The position numbers were made by a program, and so were the translations under genes. A model generated the notes under the pieces. It ran no database searches and was not told the DNA's origin. It was given only the letters and a program-made list of their open reading frames with translations. From the sequence record PV764938.1: a stretch of 64,000 nucleotides of DNA; one strand, given 5' to 3'. Position 1 is the first letter of the stretch; each line of letters starts with the position of its first letter. This document shows, piece after piece, positions 34,353 through 44,198 of this stretch.

Positions 34353-34859
34353 ATGAGAGCCATTGCTAAAGTTTTGTCGGGCATTTTCGGCAATCCGTCC
34401 CCGCTTAAGGTGGTGGAACCAGTCGAAGCACCAAAGCCGACACCTCCGCGGGAAGTGACACTGGGCTCTCTGATCAATGCTAAGGAACGCGCCGAAAGGG
34501 CTGCTGAACAGGCTCGAATAGATGCCGAGCATGAAGCATACAAAAAGCGGATCGCCATCGAGCGCGTAGAAGTTGTCAGGTTCCTAGAAGCCGTAAAAGT
34601 TTCCTTCACCCATGATATCAAGCAGGGGCGGCGACCACATTCGGTGATGATTCCCGATACACCTGAATTCAACACAGCAAGTTGGCGGTTTGACAAGATG
34701 CTCCATCGTTTTGAAATGGACAAGCATCCGCATAAACGAGCTTTCGACAACTTCTTCATATGGGTCAAATCGCAACGTCTGTATGTGGGACTCTTCCGTC
34801 GCGAAGATGGTCGCTATTACATTAACAACTGGGCGGCACAGTCCGAGGATAAGTTTTAA
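34353..34859 (+). CDS. hypothetical protein
   Basis: AAGGAGATC RBS; promoter at 34307. Confidence 0.7.
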   Translation: MRAIAKVLSGIFGNPSPLKVVEPVEAPKPTPPREVTLGSLINAKERAERAAEQARIDAEHEAYKKRIAIERVEVVRFLEAVKVSFTHDIKQGRRPHSVMIPDTPEFNTASWRFDKMLHRFEMDKHPHKRAFDNFFIWVKSQRLYVGLFRREDGRYYINNWAAQSEDKF

Positions 34860-35629
34860 TGCAGTGGATTCTCCAGGACTACGAAGACACCAATAAGCTC
34901 GGAGAAATCCTTGAGCGTGTTGGGATTGCTCATAGTTTTCATAAGGTTATCCCGTTTATCGGCCAGCTCGATCCGGTCCCGCCAATCGATGATCCCAATA
35001 GCGTGATCATGTTCGGCTCCTATAGCTTGCGCCACTATGCGCGTGAGCACGGATTGAAACCCGGTGTGTTCGAGCTTCGTCCATTCATTCACGAACACAA
35101 CTGGCAGCCCCATCTGTTGAATGGTATCGACAGCAAGATCATTGCTGCTCGCAACTTGGGTTCGCTTGATCCTGAGCGTCTGTATTTCGTCCGTCCCGTC
35201 GAGGACAGCAAGGAAATTGCCGGTGCTGTTATGTCGGGCACTGAGCTTGAATACCTCATCAAGACCGTCAATAATTTGGATCCATCCGAATACATCAAGG
35301 GGTCGCTGACTCCGGAAACCCTGTTGATGATTTCCGAACCCGTGAACATCCAGAAGGAATGGCGCACGTGGGTGGTCAAGGATCGGGTAGTCACATATTC
35401 GCTCTACAAAATGGGTTCACGAGTCCTGTATCGTCCTGAAATCGACGATGACGCGCTCGAATTCACAAAACGTATGGTCGCATTGAATCCTGGCTACGCG
35501 GATGCGTATGTGTTGGACGTCTGTAAGTGCGACCTAGGCTTAAAAATTCTAGAAACCAATTGCTTGAACGCCGCAGGCTTTTATGCTGCGGACTTGTTCA
35601 AGCTCATCGAAGCATTTGAGGAACTCTAA
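34859..35629 (+). CDS. ATP-grasp protein (DUF4343/R2K-like)
   Basis: FVRPVEDSKEIAG, KEWRTWVVKD, YVLDVC...ILETNCLNAAGFY. Confidence 0.8.
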   Translation: MQWILQDYEDTNKLGEILERVGIAHSFHKVIPFIGQLDPVPPIDDPNSVIMFGSYSLRHYAREHGLKPGVFELRPFIHEHNWQPHLLNGIDSKIIAARNLGSLDPERLYFVRPVEDSKEIAGAVMSGTELEYLIKTVNNLDPSEYIKGSLTPETLLMISEPVNIQKEWRTWVVKDRVVTYSLYKMGSRVLYRPEIDDDALEFTKRMVALNPGYADAYVLDVCKCDLGLKILETNCLNAAGFYAADLFKLIEAFEEL

Positions 35630-36201
35630 TGTACCGCAGCACTGACACGCACGTCTACTTCCTGGGCGGATATTTCTCCCAATGGGCTCGCACTCCATTT
35701 ACGGGCTCTGTTCCGATTCTCAGGGCAACCTCAAGCGGAGCAATCCTGCGTCCGGCGGGTTCACTCCGTTTCAATTGCTGCGAGCAATTTATGATGGCCG
35801 GCAAGGCTATGGTCTTCAACGATCAGGACGCAATGCTGGCGATCATGGATGCTGAACATCCAGCGGAACAGAAAAAGCTCGGCCGCACGGTCAAGAATTT
35901 CGACCAGGCCATCTGGGAATCTGTTGCACGGGATATCGTCTATATCGGCAACTATTACAAATTCACCCAGCACACGGCGTCGAAGGAATTCCTCGATGAA
36001 TCCGAAAATCGCACAATCGTTGAAGGTGCAGATTACGATCCCGTTTGGGGCGTGAAAATCGATTGGGCTGATCCGGCCATCGAAGATGAAGCAAACTGGA
36101 AGGGCACCAACTGGCTCGGACAGTGCATCATGCGTGTTCGTGAAGACATTGGTGTGCATGGCACCAGCGCGGATCCGTGGAAGCTGCGGAGACCCTGGTA
36201 A
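35629..36201 (+). CDS. NADAR (YbiA-like) ADP-ribosyl glycohydrolase
   Basis: GYFSQW, CEQFMMAGKA, KKLGR, YKFTQH, VEGADYDPVWG, GTNWLGQCIMRVR. Confidence 0.9.
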   Translation: MYRSTDTHVYFLGGYFSQWARTPFTGSVPILRATSSGAILRPAGSLRFNCCEQFMMAGKAMVFNDQDAMLAIMDAEHPAEQKKLGRTVKNFDQAIWESVARDIVYIGNYYKFTQHTASKEFLDESENRTIVEGADYDPVWGVKIDWADPAIEDEANWKGTNWLGQCIMRVREDIGVHGTSADPWKLRRPW

Positions 36202-36701
36202 TGCACGGATTCCAAAAGCGTGCCGTCGATATGATGCGGCAGTGGGATTCCATTGCCAAATCTATCATTGCTTCACCGCGTCATAACTCGTTCATCGACA
36301 GAGCTATCTGGCCGAACATCAGCTTCAAAACCCGCTACAATTGGTGGTTCGGTTTCGATGCCTGTCATAGCATCGACCTCCGTTACAGTGAGGTTCAATA
36401 CCGAACTCATCGGCCCTATGCGATTGAAGTCGTAGGGGTGAATTCCGACAATACTGGTGTTCAGGTCCCCCACAACCATCCATTGATCAAACATTTGGAT
36501 AAATGGTGCTTCTCCCATTATGGGCGGCCCTATAAGAAGCCAGGTGCTCGTTGGAAACGTGGTCGCAACCATAACACCAACGCACACGGAACCTATTACT
36601 TCCGTAACCGTTCGGATGCCGCTGCATTCAAATTCCACTTTCATCAAGCAACGCTGGCAGGGAGTGGCAATATCCTCAACGGCGAAGCTCTGGAATATTG
36701 A
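36201..36701 (+). CDS. FKL-motif family protein (extended)
   Basis: LDKWCFSHYG...YYFRNRSDAAAFKFHF. Confidence 0.7.
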   Translation: MHGFQKRAVDMMRQWDSIAKSIIASPRHNSFIDRAIWPNISFKTRYNWWFGFDACHSIDLRYSEVQYRTHRPYAIEVVGVNSDNTGVQVPHNHPLIKHLDKWCFSHYGRPYKKPGARWKRGRNHNTNAHGTYYFRNRSDAAAFKFHFHQATLAGSGNILNGEALEY

Positions 36702-36732
36702 TAAAGTCGGTGTGCTCTGTTAGATTCTAATT

Positions 36733-37224
36733 ATGGCTCACGGACTTTATTACCACTCTGCTATTCAGCACGACACGATCATCGACTTCCGCGTTAACAT
36801 GGGAATGTCGAGTTCGCGTTATGCTCGATTCAAGAAAAACTACGAGTTTGTTTGGGATATCTACAACGATGTCGCAAAGAAGCACGGCATTAAACTCCCA
36901 CGTCATTGGGTAGCCGTCGATAAACTCAAAAAGGCTGACCGCTATCGTCGGTTCAAGGATGACTATTATATCCTGGAGCCTTTGGGCCCAGTAGTTCACG
37001 TTGACATGAACTTCAGTATGAACAACAATCTGAGTACATCAGCGAGCCGTGGTTCAGTTGCTTATGCGTTCAATTGGTACCAACTGGCCGAACAGTTCTT
37101 CATGGTTAATGGAACTGCGAAACAAGCTCTGTCCAAAGAGTACCGCGTGCGTCCTGGCTTCCTATGCGAGCGTTGGCGCGCAAAGTCGATGAGACAGGTT
37201 TATAATTTGACACGCAGGACCTAA
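36733..37224 (+). CDS. hypothetical protein
   Basis: 163 aa; promoter TTGATA-N17-TAGATT at 36698; apparently leaderless. Confidence 0.65.
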   Translation: MAHGLYYHSAIQHDTIIDFRVNMGMSSSRYARFKKNYEFVWDIYNDVAKKHGIKLPRHWVAVDKLKKADRYRRFKDDYYILEPLGPVVHVDMNFSMNNNLSTSASRGSVAYAFNWYQLAEQFFMVNGTAKQALSKEYRVRPGFLCERWRAKSMRQVYNLTRRT

Positions 37225-37256
37225 CCTGTTAATTGGGCGTTAAAGGAGCCCAATTA

Positions 37257-37949
37257 ATGTCTCAGAGCAAACAGATTTTCCTCCAGTCCCTCGGGCTGGC
37301 ACTAATCCTCACATCTTTCACATACCTGGTAAGTGTTTTGGTCGGCTGGACTCATCCGAGTCAGCTGAACTGGCTCGAATTTTTCGCAGTCTTCACAAGC
37401 TATTCCTGCACTTATATGTGTGTGCGCCAGTCGCGCTGGAACTATCCAATGGGCGTCCTGACAACGTTCATCTACAGCTGGTTCTATTGGACCGCTCAGC
37501 CTGAGCCGGCAACTGCACTGGCTATCTTCAATCTCTACCTGGTCTTTTCGTTGATGTTCGGCTACTGGCGCTGGGGCCCGGATGGTAACCCGCGTACGGT
37601 ATCACGTGTTGAATCCAAGTGGTGGGTCGGCTATGTGAGTCTCGGACTTGTGATCGCCGCTCTCATGTGGATCGCTTTGCAATTCGGTGCAAAGATCTCC
37701 AACTTGGAAATCGGAATCGTGATCCTTTCGGGTGTTGCCCAGTTCCTCTTAGACAACAAAAAGATTGAGACTTGGGCCGTTTGGATTGTAGTTAATATTC
37801 TAAGTATCTACTTCTACTGGACAGTCGGCTGGTACCTCGTTATGTTCCAATACGTGTTCTTCCTGGCCAATGCTTTCTGGGGCCGATACGAATGGCTGAA
37901 GTCGATGAAGGAAGCACCACAAGCATTCGGACGACAGGTAACAGCATAA
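37257..37949 (+). CDS. pnuC: nicotinamide riboside transporter
   Basis: Multi-pass membrane protein; QSRWNYPMG, GYWRW, AQFLLDNKKIETWAVWIVVN, GRYEW; upstream of nadR. Confidence 0.88.
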   Translation: MSQSKQIFLQSLGLALILTSFTYLVSVLVGWTHPSQLNWLEFFAVFTSYSCTYMCVRQSRWNYPMGVLTTFIYSWFYWTAQPEPATALAIFNLYLVFSLMFGYWRWGPDGNPRTVSRVESKWWVGYVSLGLVIAALMWIALQFGAKISNLEIGIVILSGVAQFLLDNKKIETWAVWIVVNILSIYFYWTVGWYLVMFQYVFFLANAFWGRYEWLKSMKEAPQAFGRQVTA

Positions 37950-38158
37950 TGGGATTGAAACGGCAATATCGCATCGAACGACACAGTCACAATCGTTGGT
38001 TCATTCAATGGTCGTGGATGGGTATGTTCTGGTCCTATCTGATGGACTCCCGCTATTACAACAGCAAGCACGAGTTTAGATCCGAACGCGAAGCCGAAGT
38101 CTTCATCAACGATATGATCAAGGCTCGCACCTCGGACATCAAGAAAGTCTACAAGTAA
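37949..38158 (+). CDS. hypothetical protein
   Basis: 69 aa; TAATG coupling. Confidence 0.6.
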   Translation: MGLKRQYRIERHSHNRWFIQWSWMGMFWSYLMDSRYYNSKHEFRSEREAEVFINDMIKARTSDIKKVYK

Positions 38159-38159
38159 A

Positions 38160-39212
38160 ATGCCAAGAGATATGAACGGTCTGATCATCATGACCGCCCT
38201 AGTGCCTACCATTGGCCACCGATTTCTCATCGAAACTGCCGCAGAGGTAATGGATCAGAATTTCGGACTATTGCATGTCATCGTGTTTGACCGTTCATTT
38301 GAGCCTATCAAAGGAAGCCTCAGAGCTTCTGCGATAAAAGAACAGTTCGCACACATGCCCTGGGTGCGCGTATACCATCACGTCGATGATGGGGCTCCAC
38401 AGAACGACGATGGTACCCAGGAGTTCTGGGACTATTGGTGTGAACTGGCCCGAGATATCACTGGAGAGGAAACTTTCCAATATGTGTTTGCGAGTGAGGC
38501 CTACGGCAACACCTACGCAAATCAACTCGGTGCAAAATTCATTCCCGTTGACATCGATCGCGAAGTCTACGCGGTCAAGGGCACCAACGTTCGCCGCAAT
38601 CTTAATTATGGTTTCGGCGATGTAATGCCGGCGTTCAAGAAGCACTTGGCTCGTCGCATCGTATTTTTCGGTGCTGAGTCCACCGGTAAGACCACACTCT
38701 CGAAAATGTTCGCCACCGACAACCGATATGGTGGAAAGTTCCTTCCGGAATGGGCGCGACCCTACTTGGAGCGTTTCGGTCCAGACGTGACTGATGAGCG
38801 GATGGAAAATATCACGCTTACTCAGTATGCGACACAGAAGTCGGTTATTGCTTCGCTGGATCGTCCCTGGATTTTCCAGGACACTGACCTGTTGAGCACC
38901 ATCGGTTACTATCGCATTTATGGTGGCAAGCATGATGGCCACATCGAAAACCTCTACAGGGAAACCAAGGGTCATCTCTACATCGTGATGAACTCGGGCA
39001 TCAAGTTTGCTCCTGATCCACTTCGTTATGGTGGCAATGTTCGTGAATCCACTGATCAGTTTTGGATTGATCTCCTTGAGGAATACGGCTGCAACTATTA
39101 CGTCGTGAAGGACAAAGGTTCAGCAATGTCTCAGTTCCATGAGATTGCTGAAGTGGTTGCGGATTTTCAAAGTTCCACATATAAGGAACTAGCTAATTTT
39201 GAGAGGGATTGA
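38160..39212 (+). CDS. nadR: NadR-like NMN adenylyltransferase / ribosylnicotinamide kinase (no HTH)
   Basis: PTIGH nucleotidyltransferase motif; FASEAYG; P-loop GAESTGKTTL; PEWARPY; DTDLLST. Confidence 0.9.
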   Translation: MPRDMNGLIIMTALVPTIGHRFLIETAAEVMDQNFGLLHVIVFDRSFEPIKGSLRASAIKEQFAHMPWVRVYHHVDDGAPQNDDGTQEFWDYWCELARDITGEETFQYVFASEAYGNTYANQLGAKFIPVDIDREVYAVKGTNVRRNLNYGFGDVMPAFKKHLARRIVFFGAESTGKTTLSKMFATDNRYGGKFLPEWARPYLERFGPDVTDERMENITLTQYATQKSVIASLDRPWIFQDTDLLSTIGYYRIYGGKHDGHIENLYRETKGHLYIVMNSGIKFAPDPLRYGGNVRESTDQFWIDLLEEYGCNYYVVKDKGSAMSQFHEIAEVVADFQSSTYKELANFERD

Positions 39213-39213
39213 A

Positions 39214-39489
39214 ATGAAAGAAATTCTCCTATCAATTGCCGGCATCATCGGCGCTATCGCACTTCTGGTCGTGATCATCGAATGGTTCAATCAGCCATCG
39301 GCGGCTGAAATCAACACGATTCGCCAGAACTTGCCCGAGGGTTGTGAATTCCGTGATCTGGGTTCCTACGGGGATATCAACCATGTCGTTGCTGTGATCT
39401 GTGAGGGTCGCAAGGTATCCACTCTGAGCCATCGCGAACAGCACGGCAAGTACAGCCGTTATGGACTGTCGGTTACGATCGATGGCTAA
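39214..39489 (+). CDS. membrane-anchored hypothetical protein
   Basis: N-terminal TM; GAGG RBS. Confidence 0.7.
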   Translation: MKEILLSIAGIIGAIALLVVIIEWFNQPSAAEINTIRQNLPEGCEFRDLGSYGDINHVVAVICEGRKVSTLSHREQHGKYSRYGLSVTIDG

Positions 39490-39673
39490 AAGGAAGAAGA
39501 CTCCTCGCAACACGGATTTTGCGTTGATGGAGGAGTTCAAACGGCGGGCCATTCAGTTTCAGGAAGCTTCCCGTAGTGGTGACCCGGAAACTCGCCGTTT
39601 GAATGCAGTGGTGGCACGGAAGTATTTGTTTCACGTCATTGACGAAATGGGAGACTACTATGCCTCGCTATGA
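39482..39673 (+). CDS. hypothetical protein
   Basis: 63 aa; overlapping coupling. Confidence 0.6.
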   Translation: MAKRKKTPRNTDFALMEEFKRRAIQFQEASRSGDPETRRLNAVVARKYLFHVIDEMGDYYASL

Positions 39674-40007
39674 TGACAAGCAAGCTCTCGAGCTGTTCAA
39701 GAGCAAAGCTGTGGAATCAATGGCCGATCTTGCAAAAATCCGCAAAGGGATTGAAGCGTCTGTTCCGTCATGGGCCAACGAATTCCCCATGGATGTCATC
39801 GACAAGATGGAGAAAATCGACAACGCGATCAAGGTTATGTCGATTCTAGTCGACGCATTGGGGCAGGCCGAAAAGATCTTTGATCCCGATGCGAAGGCAA
39901 AACAGAAATTCCTGGATCATCGTGAGAAATTCGGTGGTCTTTGCGAATCGGTAACCTGGGAAGATCTGTCCGCAGGCATCAAGCATTATTATCGCAATTT
40001 AGGTTGA
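39660..40007 (+). CDS. hypothetical protein
   Basis: GGAG RBS; 115 aa. Confidence 0.65.
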   Translation: MPRYDDKQALELFKSKAVESMADLAKIRKGIEASVPSWANEFPMDVIDKMEKIDNAIKVMSILVDALGQAEKIFDPDAKAKQKFLDHREKFGGLCESVTWEDLSAGIKHYYRNLG

Positions 40008-40055
40008 TTTCCTGGCTACCTAAGTTATACGTGGCCGGAACAACCGGAGATCCCT

Positions 40056-41240
40056 ATGGATATCATTCTTTTCATTGCCCTAGCTGCGCCCATCGTGGTC
40101 GCGCTGATTTCGATATTCGTACTGAAACAGTCCATCACTATTACCGAAGGCATTACACAGGCGCTACTCGTCGCGTTGATCGTTTCGGGTCTCTGGGCTG
40201 CTGGTCGCTATTCCGACACACATGATGTGGAGCTTTGGAACGGTGAAGTCACCAACAAGCAAATCCAACGCGAACAGTGCCCCTGGGGCTGGCGGGATTG
40301 GCAGGATGACTTCTGCACCGAGTACAATACTCGCCGCGTGAAGGATGGTCCTCCGCGTAAGGTCTGCTCGACTGATTCGAATGGCAAAAAGAGCTGCCAC
40401 ACGGTTCAGGACTACAAGACCCAGTACAAGTATATCTATCCGTGGGAACAGAAGTTCTACGTCTTCTCCAACGTGCAGGAGACCTACTACATTCCACGTG
40501 TTGACGCACAGGGCGCTAGGATTCCTCCCTTCTACTTGAAGGCATACATCGGCGAACCGGTTGCTGCTCGCAAGTCCTATACGAACTGGGTACGTGCGGC
40601 TTCCACAAGCATCTTCCATGAGGATGGTGCAGTTGAGGAAAAGTACAAGGACGTTATTCCGCAGTATCCGAATGATGTCTACGACTTTTACAACGTGAAT
40701 CGCGTGGTGAAGGTCGGCAACGTAACGGTTCCAAACTTCCTCAACGAAGCACTTCGTATGGAGCTCAAACAGCTTGGTCCGCAGCGGCAAATGAATGCGA
40801 TCTTCGTTATTGCTGATGCCAAGGTTGTCGGTCAGGACTTCCCATATGCGGTTCGCCGTGCATGGATGGGCTTCAAGAAAAACGATGCGGTCATCTTCCT
40901 GGGTGTCGATGGTGACACTTTGAAGTGGGCTGATGTGATGAGCTGGTCGAAGAAGTCCATCTTCGATATCACGCTCCGCAACGAGCTCTACACGATGGAG
41001 GGTAAGACTGTTGATTATATGTTTGCCCTCAACAAGTTGACAAACACTGCTATGGCGCATTACGAACGCCGCAGCATGAAGGAATTTGAATACCTAAAGT
41101 CGCAGATCCCGGTACCAACCTGGTTGACAATTATGGTATTCCTGCTAAGTTTCGGTGGAAGCGCGGGGTTGACCTTCCTCTTCCATCGCGTAGATTTTGA
41201 CCCAATTGGTGCATTCACCAACACAAGGAGATTCAGGTGA
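40056..41240 (+). CDS. membrane protein with large extracytoplasmic domain (possibly TPM-like)
   Basis: Two N-terminal TMs, one C-terminal TM; AWMGFKKNDAVIFLGV; GGAGATC RBS. Confidence 0.7.
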   Translation: MDIILFIALAAPIVVALISIFVLKQSITITEGITQALLVALIVSGLWAAGRYSDTHDVELWNGEVTNKQIQREQCPWGWRDWQDDFCTEYNTRRVKDGPPRKVCSTDSNGKKSCHTVQDYKTQYKYIYPWEQKFYVFSNVQETYYIPRVDAQGARIPPFYLKAYIGEPVAARKSYTNWVRAASTSIFHEDGAVEEKYKDVIPQYPNDVYDFYNVNRVVKVGNVTVPNFLNEALRMELKQLGPQRQMNAIFVIADAKVVGQDFPYAVRRAWMGFKKNDAVIFLGVDGDTLKWADVMSWSKKSIFDITLRNELYTMEGKTVDYMFALNKLTNTAMAHYERRSMKEFEYLKSQIPVPTWLTIMVFLLSFGGSAGLTFLFHRVDFDPIGAFTNTRRFR

Positions 41241-41788
41241 AAGTTTTCGGTGCAATTCTCGGTGGCGTAGCCATCCTACTGGTCGGTTTCTTTGCGATCA
41301 CGTACTTCAACTATTCGAACTGGGCGGTTGACCAGGAAGAACTCATCGACGCGCAGGTTCGTCAGAATCAGAACGCATACTCGACTTTCACGCAGACGGC
41401 GGTCGAATCCATGGGCGTCACCAAGGAATACCAGAAGGCGGTCAAGGACGTGATCACCGCTGGCATCGAAGGTCGTTACGGTGAAGGCGGCGCCAAGCCC
41501 CTCGCGCTCGCTGTTCGTGAAGCTTATCCGAACATCGATCCCGCAATGTTCCGCAACGTTCAGCTGACCATCGAATCCGGCCGCCGCGACTTCTCCGCGG
41601 AACAGAAGCTGCTGATCTCCAAGGTCCAGGGCTACCGCGCTTCGATCCGCAAGCCGTGGTCCGGCATGTGGCTGAAGTCCGCCGGCTATCCGACGATCAA
41701 TCTCGAGGAAGCCAAGTACAATCCGGTCGTGTCGGAAGGTACCAAGGAAACGTTCTCGACAGGCACGGACAAGGGCATCAAGTTCTAA
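41237..41788 (+). CDS. LemA-like membrane-anchored helical protein
   Basis: GTGA coupling; single N-terminal TM then amphipathic helices, AYPNID, IESGRRDF. Confidence 0.6.
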   Translation: MKVFGAILGGVAILLVGFFAITYFNYSNWAVDQEELIDAQVRQNQNAYSTFTQTAVESMGVTKEYQKAVKDVITAGIEGRYGEGGAKPLALAVREAYPNIDPAMFRNVQLTIESGRRDFSAEQKLLISKVQGYRASIRKPWSGMWLKSAGYPTINLEEAKYNPVVSEGTKETFSTGTDKGIKF

Positions 41789-41875
41789 AAACTTATGCAC
41801 AGGGCGGGAAGAAATTCCCACCCTATTATCTTGACTTCGGTAGTAGAATTTTGCAGATTCCGATTATGGAAGTTT

Positions 41876-42049
41876 GTTAGGAACTCGAGTTAACGTCAAC
41901 GGGTCAGAGAGTCCTAACTCCAAAATTTTCCTACAAAGGGCGATGGTCTACATTGCCCTGGTTGCGGCAGGATGCAATACTTCTGAGCTTACGTTACGCT
42001 TAGGACTATTGGTGCGGTGTTGGGGATCGGGGAAACCCAACTTGTAGGA
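41876..42049 (+). ncRNA. candidate structured leader or ncRNA
   Basis: GTTAGGA/TCCTAAC; TCCTACAA/TTGTAGGA closes a multiloop and sequesters the downstream RBS. Confidence 0.45.
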
Positions 42050-42056
42050 GTTTAAA

Positions 42057-42245
42057 ATGCACGAACTATTTCGAGAGTTTCTCGTTAACTTTTTCGGATG
42101 GACAATCCTTGCGGGGCTCTGTCTTGGCTTGCTCTATACGGGCTATCGGTTTCTCGTATGGGGTGCAAACGCGCTGCGTCAGCGGATTCTCAAACAGATC
42201 CGTTTGAAAGAGTTCAAGTCCCACTTCCCACAGCAGGTAAAATAA
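42057..42245 (+). CDS. small membrane protein
   Basis: AGGAG RBS; one TM. Confidence 0.65.
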   Translation: MHELFREFLVNFFGWTILAGLCLGLLYTGYRFLVWGANALRQRILKQIRLKEFKSHFPQQVK

Positions 42246-42472
42246 TGCGGGTAGCTCTGGTAACCATTGCACTCGTGTTGACGCTCACCGCTGCTTCCGC
42301 TGCGGTCTCACCGGAAGAGCAATCACGTATAGAGGAAATCCTGGGGCATCGTGTAGAGCTTGTGGATAAGCCTACGACATCTCCGTATCGGGCACTTGTT
42401 ATGCTGGGCATCGGTTTTTGTCTCGGAGCCGCCGGCAATGCTCTGTATTCACGTTTCCGCAAAAATAATTGA
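42245..42472 (+). CDS. small membrane protein
   Basis: TAATG coupling; signal-like N-terminus and C-terminal TM. Confidence 0.6.
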   Translation: MRVALVTIALVLTLTAASAAVSPEEQSRIEEILGHRVELVDKPTTSPYRALVMLGIGFCLGAAGNALYSRFRKNN

Positions 42473-42525
42473 CACCGAGTTTACTGCCTGTTAACGCAGG
42501 TCATCAGACTCTAAAGGAGAACCAT

Positions 42526-43206
42526 ATGTCTCGCAGATACTACCGCGGCGTTCTCGTCGCAGCACTTTTGGCAATTGCGGGTGTTGTCGGTACGCCGGTA
42601 ACTTCGCTTGCACAGGCTCAGGAGCAGAAGGCAAGCGTCGTTGATACGACTGGTCTGTCTGCGGAAAAGCTCAAGCAGATCCAGGACATCGTCGAGTCCG
42701 GCAAGTCCACAACTCAGACCATCGCCGATGCTGTTTCGCCGGAAGCACTGGGCTCCTATGCGGAGATCGGCAAGGCAATCGGTAGCTCGGTTGCAGAAGC
42801 TGCGAAGGCAATCGGCGTTGCTGCCAAGGACTTCTCCGATACGTGGGTCGGTAAGGTCGCAATCTTCATGATCGCCTGGAAGCTCATGCTCGGCGATATC
42901 GTCTCCGGCGCTGTGGATATTCTTATCGGCGGTGTATGGATGGTCGCGCTGTTTGCGTTCTGGTCCCGCTACTTCAAGAAGATCTGCTTGGTCGAATCTA
43001 CGACCACTGAAACTGTCGACCGTCGCATTACTGACGCCAGCGGCAACTACGTGAAGAACGAGGCCGGCGAATACGAGACCGAGAAGGTCACGACTGTGGT
43101 CGTGAAGGGCCAGGACATTCAGGACGGTTCGGTCGCAGGTTACCGCATCATCATGATCATTGCGCTGGTCATTGGTACGGTCCCCGGCTGGATCTTCCTT
43201 TCCTAA
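42526..43206 (+). CDS. secreted/membrane protein
   Basis: Signal peptide, then several TMs; AAAGGAG RBS; promoter at 42469. Confidence 0.75.
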   Translation: MSRRYYRGVLVAALLAIAGVVGTPVTSLAQAQEQKASVVDTTGLSAEKLKQIQDIVESGKSTTQTIADAVSPEALGSYAEIGKAIGSSVAEAAKAIGVAAKDFSDTWVGKVAIFMIAWKLMLGDIVSGAVDILIGGVWMVALFAFWSRYFKKICLVESTTTETVDRRITDASGNYVKNEAGEYETEKVTTVVVKGQDIQDGSVAGYRIIMIIALVIGTVPGWIFLS

Positions 43207-43392
43207 CAGACGGTATTGGCTGGGTTCACGCCCAGCCAAAGCCTTGACTAAATCTTGCTTTTTGCTAATATTTGCGCGGATTTAGCCACATTTTTGTGCG
43301 CTTTAGAGCAGAAACTTGGTCACCCAGGCTTGACAGAAACAGGTTATCTGTTTAGTATTGGACACAGTGCTAAACACAAGGAGAAGATCGTA

Positions 43393-43716
43393 ATGGCAGA
43401 CCTCAAGCTCGCTGACTTCATCGAAAAGACCGAAGGCGGCAAGATTTTCACCGTCGAATTCTACAAGCGTGGCAACGGCGAACTTCGCAAGATGAACTGC
43501 CGGCGCGGTGTCCAGAAGGGTGTCAAGGGTGTCGGCCTTGCGTTCGACCCCAAGGCCAAGAACCTCCTGGTCGTCTACGACATGCAGAAGATCAACGAAG
43601 GCTCCGACGAAAAGGGCGCGTTCCGCATGATCAATCTCTCCGACCTGAAGACGCTGAAGATGGACGGCGCTTCGTACGACTGGGACCACGCTTCCCAGAT
43701 GTTTGTGGAAGCATAA
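43393..43716 (+). CDS. conserved phage protein, possible SH3/WYL-like beta-barrel
   Basis: IFTVEFYKRGNGELRKMNCRRGV...VVYDMQK...GAFRMI pattern. Confidence 0.6.
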   Translation: MADLKLADFIEKTEGGKIFTVEFYKRGNGELRKMNCRRGVQKGVKGVGLAFDPKAKNLLVVYDMQKINEGSDEKGAFRMINLSDLKTLKMDGASYDWDHASQMFVEA

Positions 43717-43748
43717 ATATCAGAGGGTTATCCCCTCATAAGCACCCC

Positions 43749-43778
43749 AAAGGGCTGGATTCGTCGTCCAGCCCTTTT
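43749..43778 (+). terminator. intrinsic terminator
   Basis: AAAGGGCTGGA-TTCGTCG-TCCAGCCCTTTT. Confidence 0.85.
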
Positions 43779-43799
43779 CTGTTATCGAAAGGATGAATA

Positions 43800-44198
43800 T
43801 TGAATTGTAAAAAGGGCCTATGCGCGTTGTTTGTTGTGCTTGCACTTTCAAACACTCCGGCACACGGTACTGAAGTTACAAGCGGAACTAAAATCGTAGC
43901 TCAAACCAAAAGTGTCAATTACGGATGCTTCCCATTGAAACTAATGGGCGTCCTAACTTTCATACAAAAGGAAACAAGAAGAAGGATCATAATAACAAGC
44001 GGCCATCGTGGTCATGGTCGACGTAAGTCCTTGCATCGCTCTTGCAAGGCAGCTGATATTCGTGTGCCGGGATACTCTACGAGTAGACTCAGGCAAATAG
44101 CTAGAAGAGCGCCAGGCATTGGTGGCATTGGAACCTATCGGAAACAACCGGGACTTTTGCACGTAGATGTCGGGTCAAGAAGAGAATGGACCCATTAA
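43800..44198 (+). CDS. peptidase M15A (YcbK-like) cell-wall hydrolase
   Basis: Signal-like N-terminus; ITSGHR, KSLH, AADI, LHVDVG zinc ligands. Confidence 0.8.
   Translation: MNCKKGLCALFVVLALSNTPAHGTEVTSGTKIVAQTKSVNYGCFPLKLMGVLTFIQKETRRRIIITSGHRGHGRRKSLHRSCKAADIRVPGYSTSRLRQIARRAPGIGGIGTYRKQPGLLHVDVGSRREWTH

Noticed and set aside
43255-43392. N-terminal extension of the 43393-43716 protein
   Set aside because: This stretch consists of two promoters (43244, 43330); the RBS points to ATG 43393.
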